NCBI GenBank assembly: GCA_041687695.1
Contig: JAWLBL010000016.1
Coordinates: 1 to 64,000, forward strand
Reading direction: 5' to 3'
DNA length: 64,000 bases
DNA from: Myxococcota bacterium
GTDB lineage: Bacteria > Myxococcota_A > UBA9042 > PHBI01 > JAWLBL01
Shown: positions 29,951 through 43,993 of the stretch, one piece after another
Layout of the letters: every line of letters starts with the position of its first letter
How positions within the stretch are numbered: position 1 is the stretch's first letter
The notes under the pieces: model-generated
Database searches by the model: none
Seen by the model: only the letters and a program-made list of their open reading frames with translations
What the model was told of the DNA's origin: nothing
Program-made: the position numbers and the translations under genes

Positions 29951-30072
29951 GGCCGCACGATACCGCGACGCCGCCGCGGCGCGCTACGGCACCCGGGAGC
30001 CCTCGCGGGGGATGCTTGTCACCCGGTGGGCCGCGCGTGGCGGTTCCGCGCGCGTCTGGTATGCTCCCGCCG

Positions 30073-32319
30073 ATGACTCGCACCCTGACGATCGCGCTCG
30101 TCGCCCTGGTGATCGCGCTGAGCCTGGCGACCACGGCCGCCGCCGCGCCCCCCAAGCCGTCCGAGAGCCCGGTCCGGACGCTGCCCCTGGCGAAGAAGGT
30201 GCTGAGCGACGGCGCGCTGACGGGCGCGACCACGCCCGAGCTGCTGTCGTACGTCGACGCGGCCCTGCGGCGGATGCTGATCTCCGAACACGAGGCCGCC
30301 CTGGAGACGGCGCAGGATCTGCACAACCTGGTGGTCCTGGCCAGCGCGGTGACCCTGCTGCAGGAGCGCGGCGAGTCGTCGCCCCAGCTGCGCCTGCAGG
30401 CCGCGCAGGTGGCCTACCTGCTGCACGCGGCTGGCGCCAACTACCTGACCAACCCCGCGGCGCGGGCGGCCATCGACGGCATGGTCGAGGTCGCGCCCGA
30501 CGCCGCGACGCGCGAGCTGTTCGAGGCGCTGGTCGAGAGCATGGGCCAGCTCCAGGCGGTCGGGCGGACGTGGTTCCCCAACGCGCTGCACGCCGCGCTC
30601 TCCGACGCCCCCAAGCAGCCGATGCTGCACGGCCTGCGCGGGCTGTGGCTGGCGCGCGAGCGGCGCTACGACGACGCGGTGGCCGCGCTGCGGACCGCGA
30701 TCGAGCAGGCGCCGCGGGTGCAGTACGCCTATCAGCTGTTCCTGACCCTGACCGAGGCGGGGCAGCTGCAGGCCGCGGCCGAGCTCTCCGGCGACATCCG
30801 CAAGGCCGCGCCGGGGCTCGACGGGCTGATGCGGCAGGCGCTGCGCGCGCGAGAGGACCGCGAGGCGACGGTGGCCTTCGAGAAGGCGGCGGGCAAGGCG
30901 ACCGCGGCCACCCTCATCGAGCAGCTGGCGCGCTACATGCGGCTGCGGCGGCACGAGGCCGCGGAGGTCCTGGTCAAGGAGCTGATCGAGGAGCACGGGC
31001 GCGAGCCGGGGGCCCTGGAGGCCGCGGCCGAGGCGCTGTTCACCTGGCGACGCTACGATCGCTTGCAGCTGGTGCTCGAGGAGGCCGAGCAGGCGGGGCC
31101 GCTGAGCGTGCGGCTGCTCGAGGCGCGCATGGCGGCGGCGGCGGACGCGCGCATGGACGCGCTGCGTGGTGGGCCGGGGCACGCGCTGGGTCGCGGGGAC
31201 CTCGAGGCGGATCTGGTGCGCTACGGCGCGCTGAGGGGCGAGGAGGGACGCTTCGTCGCGGACTCCATCCGGTTGTTCCTGCTGGCGGGGGAGGCCATGG
31301 TGGCCCGCGCCAAGGGCGCCAAGGTGTCCAAGGAGCTCATCGCGCGGACGCGCAAGCTCATCGAGGCGGGGTTCGCGGCGCGGGCCGGGTCGGGGGACAT
31401 GCTGCGGCTGGCGCTCGGGGCGACGGTGGCGCTCGAGGGGGCGGACGCGTCGATGGAGCTGGCCCGCAAGCGCCTGAACGAGCTGCCCGAGGGCGAGCGC
31501 GAGGCCGTCGCGCTGCTGCTCGCGCGCATCGAGACCGGATACGGCGTGCGGCGCCGGGACGTGAAGCTGCTGGAGACCGCTTGGAAGCGGCTCGAGGGGC
31601 TGCGACGCGGCGGGGTGCTGGCCAAGGGGCCGGCGGGGCCGCTGCTGCAGCTGGCCTGGGTGAACGCGAAGGTGGCCCGGGCGACGCTGCGCGGGCCCGA
31701 CGAGGTCAAGCGGGTCGCGGGCGAGGTGCTGCCGGAGCTGCTGAAGCTGACCGACGTCTTCGACGAGAGCGAGGAGGAGGGGCGGCTGCTCGCGCAGGCG
31801 GTGTCGAACGGGGTCGGCGCCCTGGCGTTCGTGCTGGGGCAGAACGATCTCGCGCGCGAGGCGTTGACGCGGTCGCGGCGGCTCGACGCGGCGCCGGGGC
31901 TGGCGCGGCTGGCGGCGGCGCAGTCGGTGCTGCTCGGCGGCGACGCGGCCGGGGCGCACGGGCTGATGCAGGACGCGCTGCCGCTGGCCGAGCGGCCCGA
32001 GCTGACCTTCGCCTTTCGCAAGTGGCTGGCGTTGGCGGCCAATCAGGCGGGCAGCGCGCACGTGGCGGCCGAGCACATGCGCGAGATGCTGGCGCTGTGG
32101 CCGGACGCCGGGATCGCGGACGTGGTGGGCGGCGCGAGTGTGGCGCCGCTGTTCTTCGGCGACTACAACGTGCACGTCCTGCTCGAGGCGGGGCGGCCGA
32201 TGCGGACGGTCATCGAGACGATGCCGATCGTGACGTTCGTGCCCGACTTCCCGCACGACCGGGTGGAAGTGCGGACGCTGGTGGAGCGTTTCGGGTCGGC
32301 CGAGCGTGGCGTGAAGTAG
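30073..32319 (+). CDS. Secreted alpha-helical (TPR-like) protein
   Basis: Signal peptide; Ala/Leu-rich helical repeats (RRYDDAVAALRTAIEQAP). Confidence 0.65.
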   Translation: MTRTLTIALVALVIALSLATTAAAAPPKPSESPVRTLPLAKKVLSDGALTGATTPELLSYVDAALRRMLISEHEAALETAQDLHNLVVLASAVTLLQERGESSPQLRLQAAQVAYLLHAAGANYLTNPAARAAIDGMVEVAPDAATRELFEALVESMGQLQAVGRTWFPNALHAALSDAPKQPMLHGLRGLWLARERRYDDAVAALRTAIEQAPRVQYAYQLFLTLTEAGQLQAAAELSGDIRKAAPGLDGLMRQALRAREDREATVAFEKAAGKATAATLIEQLARYMRLRRHEAAEVLVKELIEEHGREPGALEAAAEALFTWRRYDRLQLVLEEAEQAGPLSVRLLEARMAAAADARMDALRGGPGHALGRGDLEADLVRYGALRGEEGRFVADSIRLFLLAGEAMVARAKGAKVSKELIARTRKLIEAGFAARAGSGDMLRLALGATVALEGADASMELARKRLNELPEGEREAVALLLARIETGYGVRRRDVKLLETAWKRLEGLRRGGVLAKGPAGPLLQLAWVNAKVARATLRGPDEVKRVAGEVLPELLKLTDVFDESEEEGRLLAQAVSNGVGALAFVLGQNDLAREALTRSRRLDAAPGLARLAAAQSVLLGGDAAGAHGLMQDALPLAERPELTFAFRKWLALAANQAGSAHVAAEHMREMLALWPDAGIADVVGGASVAPLFFGDYNVHVLLEAGRPMRTVIETMPIVTFVPDFPHDRVEVRTLVERFGSAERGVK

Positions 32320-32348
32320 AGGGTGATGGTGGTGGAGGCGAGCGGCGG

Positions 32349-32861
32349 ATGAGTTGGCGTTGGATGGCGGCGGGAGTGCTGGGGCTGGGACTGACGGCGT
32401 GCGGGAAGGGGCCCGAGCCGAAGGCGGCGGCGCGGCCGGCGGCGGCGCCGGTGGTGCGTGAAGCCGCGGCGGGCGAGGGGCTCGAGCCCGGGTCGTCGCC
32501 GTTCGTGCCGGTCACGGCCGAGGAGGCGCCGACGGAGAAGCTGGGCGAGGGGACGTTGCCGGACGGGACGTTCACCGGGGCGCTGCGGGGCGACGGCGTC
32601 AGCGGCGAGGTCGAGCTGACGGTGGTCGGCGGAGTGCTGACCGCGGCCCGGGCGCAGCTCGACGGCGAGCCGGCGCTAGAGGTCGCGCTGGAGCCGTCGC
32701 GGCTGCCGGACGACACCGACCTGTTCCTGATGGGGCGCAAGGACGGCGAGATGGTGAGGGTCCGGGGACGGTTCGTCGAGGGGGAGCGCGCGGCGGGCGA
32801 GTTCGAGGCCACGGTGGGCCGCAAGGGGCTGTCGGGGCGATGGTACGCGGTCCGGCGGTAG
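32349..32861 (+). CDS. Lipoprotein of unknown function
   Basis: MSWRWMAAGVLGLGLTAC lipobox; GGAGG upstream. Confidence 0.7.
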   Translation: MSWRWMAAGVLGLGLTACGKGPEPKAAARPAAAPVVREAAAGEGLEPGSSPFVPVTAEEAPTEKLGEGTLPDGTFTGALRGDGVSGEVELTVVGGVLTAARAQLDGEPALEVALEPSRLPDDTDLFLMGRKDGEMVRVRGRFVEGERAAGEFEATVGRKGLSGRWYAVRR

Positions 32862-33376
32862 TGGTGCGGGCCGCGCGTCTGGGCGAGGCGGCGGCGATCG
32901 GGCAGGTGCTGGTCGACGGGCTGCAGGACGCGCCCAGCGCCGAGTACGCGCCCGAGGAGGTGCCGTCTCGGGCGCTCGACGTCGGCAAGGAGCTGCTGGG
33001 TGAGGTGGACCTCGAGGCGGATCGGCTGCTGCTGGTGGCCGAGGCCGGCGGGGCGATGGCGGCGCTGGCGCGGGTGGGGCCGCGTGACTTCGTGCGGTCG
33101 CGCCACATCGCGGACGTGCTGATCGTGGTGCATCCGGCGGCGCGGGGGATCGGCGTCGGGCGCGCGCTGCTGCTGGGCGTGATGGATACGGCGCGGGCCA
33201 CCGGGCGGCTGCGCAAGCTGGTGATGCGGGTCGCCGACGACGACGAGGCGCTCGTCCGGGTCGTCACGATCGCGGGCTGGGGGCTCGAGCGCGTCGAGCG
33301 GGGGGCGCTGCTGCGCGAGGACGGCGAGCGGGACGTGCACGTCTACGCGTCGTGGCTCGGGTCGCTGGAGATTTGA
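32861..33376 (+). CDS. GNAT-family acetyltransferase
   Basis: [16 protein letters not shown] acetyl-CoA motif A; start uncertain (32840 or 32861). Confidence 0.75.
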   Translation: MVRAARLGEAAAIGQVLVDGLQDAPSAEYAPEEVPSRALDVGKELLGEVDLEADRLLLVAEAGGAMAALARVGPRDFVRSRHIADVLIVVHPAARGIGVGRALLLGVMDTARATGRLRKLVMRVADDDEALVRVVTIAGWGLERVERGALLREDGERDVHVYASWLGSLEI

Positions 33377-33497
33377 GTCGGCGCTTGTGCTAAGGTGCAC
33401 GGCTCGTAGCCGACGCCGCAGCGCCCGACGGGTCGTCAGCTGCAGCACCCTAGGGTTGGGAGCCGCAGCGCCCTTCGGGTCGCCAGGGGACACGCGC

Positions 33498-35387
<1,890 letters not shown>

Positions 35388-35463
35388 CCTGGGCTGACCT
35401 TGGCATACGCTCGACGAAGGTGCCTGCGCTAGGAAAACGCGGTGGGTGGAGCGCTCGCCGATC

Positions 35464-37521
<2,058 letters not shown>

Positions 37522-37693
37522 CGCGGCGGCTCCGGAGGACACGACTGAGGGAGCCTCGACCATGGCACGGACGCGGAGGCGGTGACAAGGCGAGCCGGCG
37601 TCGAGGATTAACGGGGGCGAAACGAGGTCGAAACATGGCGGGAGCACCGTCCCGGAGTGCGTCGTTGCCTTGGGCGCGCGTTTGGAGGTGGCT

Positions 37694-39007
37694 GTGGAGA
37701 TCTCGGCGCTCGATACGGTGTGGGTTCTGGTCTGCGCGGTGCTGGTGTTCTTCATGAACACCGGGTTCGCCCTGTTGGAGTCGGGCTTCTGCAGGGCCAA
37801 GAACACGGTGAACATCCTGGCGAAGAACGTCATCGTCTTCGCCATCGCGTCGCTGACCTACTACCTCGTGGGCTTCGGGCTGATGTTCGGCGACGGGGGC
37901 GGGTTCATGGGCGGCACCGGCTTCGCGCCGGCCTTCGACGGCGGCGACGCGGTGAGCGCCGCGCCGGGCAACCTGCCGCTGGCGGCGTTCTTCTTCTTCC
38001 AGACGATGTTCGCGGCCACCGCGGCGACCATCGTCAGCGGCGCCGTCGCCGAGCGCATCAAGCTGCAGGCGTTCATGCTCTTCTCGGTGCCGCTCGTCGG
38101 CTTCGTCTACCCGGTCGTCGGGCACTGGGCCTGGGGCGGCGGGCTCCTCGCCGACACCGGCTTCCACGACTTCGCCGGCTCGACCGTCGTCCACTCGGTC
38201 GGCGGCTGGGCCGCCCTGGTCGGCGCCATCGTCCTGGGTCCCCGCATGGGCAAGTTCACCCGCGACGGCCGCGCCAAGGCCATCCCGGGGCACTCGATGG
38301 CCCTCGCCACCGCCGGCGCGCTCATCCTGTGGATGGGCTGGTTCGGCTTCAACCCTGGCTCGACCCTGGCCGCCGACCCGGGCGCCATCGCCCACATCAT
38401 CCTGACGACCAACCTGGCCGCCGCCGCCGGCGCGGTCGTCGCCTGCCTGGTCGCCTGGAGCCGCCTGGGCAGCCCCGACCTGTCCATGATCTTGAACGGC
38501 GCCCTCGCCGGCCTGGTCGGCATCACCGCCGGCTGCGACGTCGTCTCGCCCGTCGGCGCCCTGGCCATCGGCGCCCTCGCCGGCGCGCTGGTCGTCTTCG
38601 CCGTCCTCGGCTTCGACAAGGTGCGCGTCGACGACCCGGTCGGTGCCATCAGCGTCCACCTGGTCTGCGGCGCCGCCGGCACCGTCATGGTCGGCCTCTT
38701 CGCCGCCAAGGGAGACGACCTGGGCCTGCTCTACGGAGGCGGCGCGGCGCTGCTGCTCGCCCAGCTGAAGGGCGTCGCCCTGGTTGGCGCCTTCACGGTC
38801 GCCTGCTCCGCCGCCGGCTGGCTGGCCCTCAAGGCGCTGATGGGCGTCCGCGTCCCGGCCGAGGACGAGCACGTCGGCCTCGACCTCAGCGAGATGAAGA
38901 TGGAGGCCTACCCGGCGGACCTCACCGCCGCCGGCGCCTCGACCCGTTCGGCCCTCGAGCGCGCGGAGGCCATCGAGCCCGCCGCCGCGACCTCCGAGGG
39001 CGCCTGA
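37694..39007 (+). CDS. amtB: Ammonium transporter
   Basis: LVFFMNTGFALLESG, AERI, DFAGSTVVH, GWFGFNPGS, DDPVGAISVH; GTG start after GGAGG. Confidence 0.93.
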   Translation: MEISALDTVWVLVCAVLVFFMNTGFALLESGFCRAKNTVNILAKNVIVFAIASLTYYLVGFGLMFGDGGGFMGGTGFAPAFDGGDAVSAAPGNLPLAAFFFFQTMFAATAATIVSGAVAERIKLQAFMLFSVPLVGFVYPVVGHWAWGGGLLADTGFHDFAGSTVVHSVGGWAALVGAIVLGPRMGKFTRDGRAKAIPGHSMALATAGALILWMGWFGFNPGSTLAADPGAIAHIILTTNLAAAAGAVVACLVAWSRLGSPDLSMILNGALAGLVGITAGCDVVSPVGALAIGALAGALVVFAVLGFDKVRVDDPVGAISVHLVCGAAGTVMVGLFAAKGDDLGLLYGGGAALLLAQLKGVALVGAFTVACSAAGWLALKALMGVRVPAEDEHVGLDLSEMKMEAYPADLTAAGASTRSALERAEAIEPAAATSEGA

Positions 39008-39119
39008 TCCCCTAGGAAGGGGAGGTTTTGGGGGGGAAACAGGTCGCTCGCGCTCGCGTCGGCCTGTTTCCATTTTTCGCGAAGGCGGGTACAGACCTCG
39101 GGCCACCGAGGAGGTCACC

Positions 39120-39446
39120 ATGTCGGACCCGCGCATCGAGCGCTTCGCGACCCTGAAGCAGAAGTTCCCCGACAGCGAGATGCCCCGCTGGAGCCTGGCC
39201 ACCGCCTACGAGGAGGCCGGCCGCCACCAGGAGGCCGCGGCCGAGTTCCGCGAGCTGGTCGGCCTCAAGCCGGACTACTGCGTGGCCTGGCTGCACATGG
39301 GCTCGTGCCTGCTCGAGCTCGAGCGCTACGACGAAGCCGTCGAGGCGCTCGAGGAGGCCAAGCGCCTGGCCGTCGCCCAGGGTCACATGGCCCCCAAGCA
39401 AGAGGCGGAGATGCTGCTCGAGCGCGCCCGCGAGGAGATGGACTGA
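39120..39446 (+). CDS. Small TPR protein
   Basis: Two TPR-like repeats; GGAGGT RBS. Confidence 0.8.
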   Translation: MSDPRIERFATLKQKFPDSEMPRWSLATAYEEAGRHQEAAAEFRELVGLKPDYCVAWLHMGSCLLELERYDEAVEALEEAKRLAVAQGHMAPKQEAEMLLERAREEMD

Positions 39447-39523
39447 AGCCTCGCCGACGAGCCGGCCGCCATCGCCCCGGCCGCCCATTGCCAGCGGGGC
39501 GCTCGGCCGGTTAGCGTGCGCCC

Positions 39524-40240
39524 ATGGACGGGTTCCTCTCCGACATCCTGATGTTCCCGACCGTGGTCTACACCCTGCTGCTCGGTTTCGCGGTGGTGTA
39601 CTGGACCCTGGTCGTCGTGGGCGGCGCCGACATCGACGCGATCGACGTCGGGGGCGGCTTGGACGGCGCCGTCGATGGCGCCATCGAAGGGGCGATCGAA
39701 GGCGCGGTCGAGGGCGCGGCCGAGGCCGCCGCGGACGGCGCGCTCGACGGGGCCGAGGGCGGGCTCGCCGGCGTGCTCTCGGCGCTGCGCCTGCGCAAGA
39801 TCCCGGTGACCATCAGCCTGACCGCGCTGTCGAGCTGGGGCTTCGTCCTCAGCTACGTCGGCATGGCCACGCTCTCGCCGCTGATCGGCACCGGCTGGCT
39901 GCCCAGCCTCGCCGTCGGCGCCGGCAGCCTCGTCGGCGGCGTCGCCATGACGTCGCTGACGCTGCGGCCCTTCGGCCGCTTCTTCGAGACCCACGCTGCG
40001 CGCAGCAAGCACCACCTCATCGGCCACGTCTGCACCATCAGCACCGGCAAGGTGGACGCCCGCTTCGGCCAGGCCAGCTGCGAAGACGGCGGCGCCGGGC
40101 TCATCCTCAGCGTCCGCTACGAGGGCGAGGGCCCCCTGACCCGCGGCCAGCAGGCCCTCATAGTCGACTACGACCCCGCCCGCGACGTCTTCCAGGTCGA
40201 GCCCATGGACCCCCTGCTCGAGGACCGCCGCGTTGGCTGA
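39524..40240 (+). CDS. YqiJ-like inner membrane protein with C-terminal OB-fold (NfeD-like flotillin partner)
   Basis: FPTVVYTLLL...YW, acidic linker, IPVTISLT, then an OB-fold (IGHVC.I.TGKVD..FGQA..EDGGAGLILSVR). Confidence 0.75.
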   Translation: MDGFLSDILMFPTVVYTLLLGFAVVYWTLVVVGGADIDAIDVGGGLDGAVDGAIEGAIEGAVEGAAEAAADGALDGAEGGLAGVLSALRLRKIPVTISLTALSSWGFVLSYVGMATLSPLIGTGWLPSLAVGAGSLVGGVAMTSLTLRPFGRFFETHAARSKHHLIGHVCTISTGKVDARFGQASCEDGGAGLILSVRYEGEGPLTRGQQALIVDYDPARDVFQVEPMDPLLEDRRVG

Positions 40241-41528
40241 CGAAGAACTCGACGAGATTCACCACCGCTGGGGCCAGCGCGCCCTGTCGACCGGCCGGAT
40301 CGCCGCCAGCGCGGTGCGCCTGGCCGGGCGCCGTCTGGTGGGCGCCGAGGGCGACGCCGACCGTCTCCTCGGCGAGCGGCTGGCGCGCGAGCTGGATGGC
40401 ATGAAGGGCCTGGCCATGAAGGTCGGGCAGATCCTGAGCTACTTCGATGGCGTGCTGCCCGCCGAGACCCATGAGGCGCTGCGCAAGCTGCAGAAGGGGG
40501 CGCGGCCGGTCGCCTTCGAAACGATGCGCCAGGAGATCGAGGAGGCGTTCGGGGAGCCGGTGTCCGCGCTGTTCGAGGCCTTCGACGACACACCGGTCGC
40601 GGCGGCGTCCATCGGGCAGGTCTACCGTGCCCGGTTCGAGCGCCGCGAAGTGGCCGTGAAGGTCCAGTATCCGCACGTCGAGAAGACCTTCGAGGCCGAC
40701 TTCGGCCGCATTCGGAGCCTCGCGCGGCTGGCCTCGCTGGCGACGGCCGTCGACGGCGTGGCCATCGCCGATGAGCTGCGGGCGCGCGTGACCGAGGAGT
40801 GCGACTACCTACGCGAGGCCGCCTGGCAGGCTGCGTTCCGTGCCGCCTTCGCCGACGATCCCAGGATCGTGATCCCTGAGGTCGTGCAGGCCCGGACGCG
40901 TCGCACGGTCCTGACGACCGCGTGGGCCGCCGGGGACGACTTCTACGCGTTCGTCGAAGGCGCCCCAGCGGCCCGCCGCCACGAGGTGGGGCTGCTCCTC
41001 GCCCGCTTCGCGCTGCGCAGCCTCTTCGGTCTGGGCACGCTGAACGCCGACCCACACCCGGGCAACTACCTGTTCCCGCGTGACGAGGGTCACGTCGTCT
41101 TTCTCGACTTCGGCTGCGTCCGCCGCTTCGAGCCCGACTTCCTCGAGACCGAGCGCGCCCTGGTCGACGTCGTCATCCACGACCGTCGCGCCGCTTTCCG
41201 CGACGCCGTGATGGCGACCGGCATGATCCCCCAGCCGCGCAAGTTCGACTTCGACGTCCACTGGGACATGCTGCGCCACCAGTACGCGCCCTACGGGCAG
41301 CCGCGTTTTCGCTTCACGCCCGAGTACGTGCAGGCCGGAGCGAAGTTCAGCGGCCCGTCGAATCCCAACTTGCGGCGGCTCGCGATCCCGCCGGCCTGGA
41401 TCTGGGTCCAGCGCCTGCTCTGGGGCCTGCACGCCGTGCAGGTGCGCCTTGGGGCCGAGGGTGCCTTCCGCGACGTGATGGAAGAGGCGTTGGCGACGCG
41501 CTTGCCGCCGCTGGCCGTACCGGCCTGA
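40233..41528 (+). CDS. ABC1/AarF/UbiB-family atypical kinase
   Basis: MKVGQ, AAASIGQVYRA, VAVKVQYP, ADPHPGN, LDFG. Confidence 0.9.
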   Translation: MADEELDEIHHRWGQRALSTGRIAASAVRLAGRRLVGAEGDADRLLGERLARELDGMKGLAMKVGQILSYFDGVLPAETHEALRKLQKGARPVAFETMRQEIEEAFGEPVSALFEAFDDTPVAAASIGQVYRARFERREVAVKVQYPHVEKTFEADFGRIRSLARLASLATAVDGVAIADELRARVTEECDYLREAAWQAAFRAAFADDPRIVIPEVVQARTRRTVLTTAWAAGDDFYAFVEGAPAARRHEVGLLLARFALRSLFGLGTLNADPHPGNYLFPRDEGHVVFLDFGCVRRFEPDFLETERALVDVVIHDRRAAFRDAVMATGMIPQPRKFDFDVHWDMLRHQYAPYGQPRFRFTPEYVQAGAKFSGPSNPNLRRLAIPPAWIWVQRLLWGLHAVQVRLGAEGAFRDVMEEALATRLPPLAVPA

Positions 41529-41532
41529 GGGC

Positions 41533-42363
41533 CTACTCGGGCACGACGCACGTGCCGGCCTGGCAAGCGCCGGCACCCGCGGCGCACGGCGCTCCGTCGA
41601 CCACGTCGACGAAGGCCTGCACGGCCTGGCCCTTCGGCGTGCACACCCGGCACTCGTTCGCGGGGTCGGGATCGCCGTCCGCGAAGCAGCCGTCGTCGAC
41701 GAAGCACGTGTCCGCCATCTGCTCGAAATCGCATGGATTCCTGGCGTTGTTCTGGCACACGCCCACCCAGCACGGCTTCATGGCCTCGACCTCGACGGGG
41801 CACTCGAAGGCCGTCACCTGGCACTGCCCCGAGACGCACTTCTCGCTGTGCGTGCATGGGTCGCCGTCGTCGCAACCGGGCGGCTGCGGGGGCAGCGTGA
41901 CGACGCACTGCCCGGCGTCGCACGTCGCCAGGTTGCAGGGCGCATGGACCCCCAGCGCGTCCAGGCAGTCCTGCCCGGTCACGCACTCGGGCGCGACGTC
42001 GGGGCCCTCGTCCGGGGCGCTCGCGTCGGCGTCGAGCGGACCGGTCTCAGGGGCCAGGTCCGCCGCAGCGATGTCGGCGTCGCTGGTCTCGGCGGGGCCC
42101 GGATCCGCCGCCACGTCCGGAGGTTCGACGGCGTCGGTCACGTCGGGCGGTGGTCGCTTGTTCACCTCGGACGCCGGCAGGCAGGCGGTCTGCTGGGGGT
42201 CCGCGACCAGGGGCGCGCAGAGGAAGCCCGAGGCGCAGTCGCTCTGGGTGGCGCACCGGAAGACCAGCGCGTCCAGGCCGAGGTCCTGCGAGCAGGCGCC
42301 GGCGAGGCCGGCGAACCAGGCGCCGGCCAGGCCGGTGAGCAGCGCGACCCGCGTCGAGCGCAT
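41533..42363 (-). CDS. Cys-rich lipoprotein
   Basis: AGAC lipobox; C....DC..GF.C module, acidic linker, CDDGDPCT module. Confidence 0.75.
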   Translation of the reverse strand: MRSTRVALLTGLAGAWFAGLAGACSQDLGLDALVFRCATQSDCASGFLCAPLVADPQQTACLPASEVNKRPPPDVTDAVEPPDVAADPGPAETSDADIAAADLAPETGPLDADASAPDEGPDVAPECVTGQDCLDALGVHAPCNLATCDAGQCVVTLPPQPPGCDDGDPCTHSEKCVSGQCQVTAFECPVEVEAMKPCWVGVCQNNARNPCDFEQMADTCFVDDGCFADGDPDPANECRVCTPKGQAVQAFVDVVDGAPCAAGAGACQAGTCVVPE

Positions 42364-43388
42364 CAGAAGCTCCAGCCCGAGGTCACGACCGCGCCGCCGC
42401 CGAGCGGAGCCACCCCGAGCGTGGTCGCCGGCTCGTCGTCATCGCCGGCGGTGGCCAGCAGGATGACTCCCGTCAGCAGCGCCGCGCCGCCGGCCGCCAG
42501 ACCGGCGATCCCCAGCGTGGCGAAGGTGTTCGCGTCGCGCTCGCGCTCGACGGCCTCGGCCTGGGTGAGCGAGGTCACCAGCCCCGACTCGCTGACGTCG
42601 GCCGAGCGCACGTCCTCGCGCAGCGAGTCGGCCCACCACATCAGGCCGCCGCCAGCGCCCGCGGCGACCACGCCCAGCGTGACCGCCGCCCAGCCGAACC
42701 CGGTCGAGGCGCTCGAGGCGGGACGCGAGGCGCGGCCGAACAGGGCCTCGCCCGCGGCCGGCAGCTGCACGAAGACCACCCGCTCGCTCGGCGCCGACGT
42801 GTTCGCCTCGCGCTCCGGCTTGCGCTCCGCCATCGCCCGCTCGAGCTCGGCGCGCATCTCCTCGCGCAGCTGCTCGCGTAGGCGCGCCTCGGCCGCCGCG
42901 AGCTTGGCCTCCTCCTCCTCGCGTCGCAGACGCTCGTCCTCGGCCCGCTGCTCGCTCTGCGCCTTCAGCGCGGCCGCGCGCTGCGCCTCGAGCTCGGCCA
43001 GGCGCCGCGCCTCGAGCGCCGCCTCGGCCTGGCTGAGCGCCTCGGCCGCCTTCGCGCGCAGCGCCGCCTCGGCCTCGGCGCGCGCCAGCAACGCCGTGAA
43101 CCGCGCCTTGGCCAGCTCGGGGCGCCCGGCCAGCTGCCAGGCGCGTCCCGCGTTCCACAGCAACATCGGGTCGGGGTCCAGGGCGTAGGCCTCGTCGAAG
43201 GCCAGCGCGGCGCGCTCGTAACGCTTGGCCTCGTAGTGGACCACGCCGACCTTGTACCACTCCTGGGCGCTGGTGGCGGCGGCCGTCGAGGCGGCGCGCG
43301 CGGCCGTGGGGAGCAGGGGCGGGGCGGCGCCGACCAGACCGGCCAGGGCCAGCGCCAGCGGCGCACGAACGAAGCGACGTCGCGACAT
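42363..43388 (-). CDS. Secreted TPR/coiled-coil protein with myxobacterial-type hydrophobic C-terminus
   Basis: Signal peptide; TPR (YEAKRYERAALAFDEAYALDPDPMLLWNAGRA); Gly-rich hairpin; C-terminal GWSF. Confidence 0.75.
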   Translation of the reverse strand: MSRRRFVRAPLALALAGLVGAAPPLLPTAARAASTAAATSAQEWYKVGVVHYEAKRYERAALAFDEAYALDPDPMLLWNAGRAWQLAGRPELAKARFTALLARAEAEAALRAKAAEALSQAEAALEARRLAELEAQRAAALKAQSEQRAEDERLRREEEEAKLAAAEARLREQLREEMRAELERAMAERKPEREANTSAPSERVVFVQLPAAGEALFGRASRPASSASTGFGWAAVTLGVVAAGAGGGLMWWADSLREDVRSADVSESGLVTSLTQAEAVERERDANTFATLGIAGLAAGGAALLTGVILLATAGDDDEPATTLGVAPLGGGAVVTSGWSF

Positions 43389-43580
43389 GCAGCGCAGCAT
43401 AGCCGCGTCAGGTCGGGTCCGCCAGGGGGCACGCTGCCCGGATCGGCGCGCGGTGTCAGGGCGTCGCGAGGCGCTCGGGGTCTCTGAGGGGCCATTGCGG
43501 GCCGGCCGCGGGTGACCTAACGTGGGCATCGGGACACGACGGGCGGCCGCCGGGGGGCGGTCACCAAGGGAGGGGGCAGG

Positions 43581-43985
43581 ATGCATCGGTCGATCACGGG
43601 CCGGGGGCTCGTCCTTGCGCTGCACGCCATGGCGTTGGCCTCGGTGGCTTGTAGCCCCGTGGTGCTCGAGCCGGACACAACCTCGGACATCCACGCGGAC
43701 GCCAAGGAGGCCGACGCGGTCCCGGAGCCCGGCGTGGACGTCGGCGGGACGGACGCCGGGGCCGGCGGTGAAGACGCCCAGTATTGGTACGGCACCGACA
43801 TTCCCATCGGGCCCACCGGCCCGGTGCCGAGCAGCCACCACTTCTGCGCGGCCGGGGGGCGCTACGACGCCAGCGGCGACGTCACCGGCTGGAGCTGCCT
43901 GGGCCCCGGCCCCCTGTCCGTCGGTCCGGCCAGCGGCGGCGGCGTGCTGTGGCTGCCCGGTCCCATCTTCCACGTGGCCCCGTGA
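43581..43985 (+). CDS. Small lipoprotein
   Basis: SVAC lipobox; acidic linker; first gene before the fibre gene. Confidence 0.6.
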   Translation: MHRSITGRGLVLALHAMALASVACSPVVLEPDTTSDIHADAKEADAVPEPGVDVGGTDAGAGGEDAQYWYGTDIPIGPTGPVPSSHHFCAAGGRYDASGDVTGWSCLGPGPLSVGPASGGGVLWLPGPIFHVAP

Positions 43986-43993
43986 GGACTGAA

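Noticed and set aside
37540..37690. Sigma54 promoter for amtB (TGGCAC at about 37563)
   Set aside because: No TTGC/-12 element at the required spacing.
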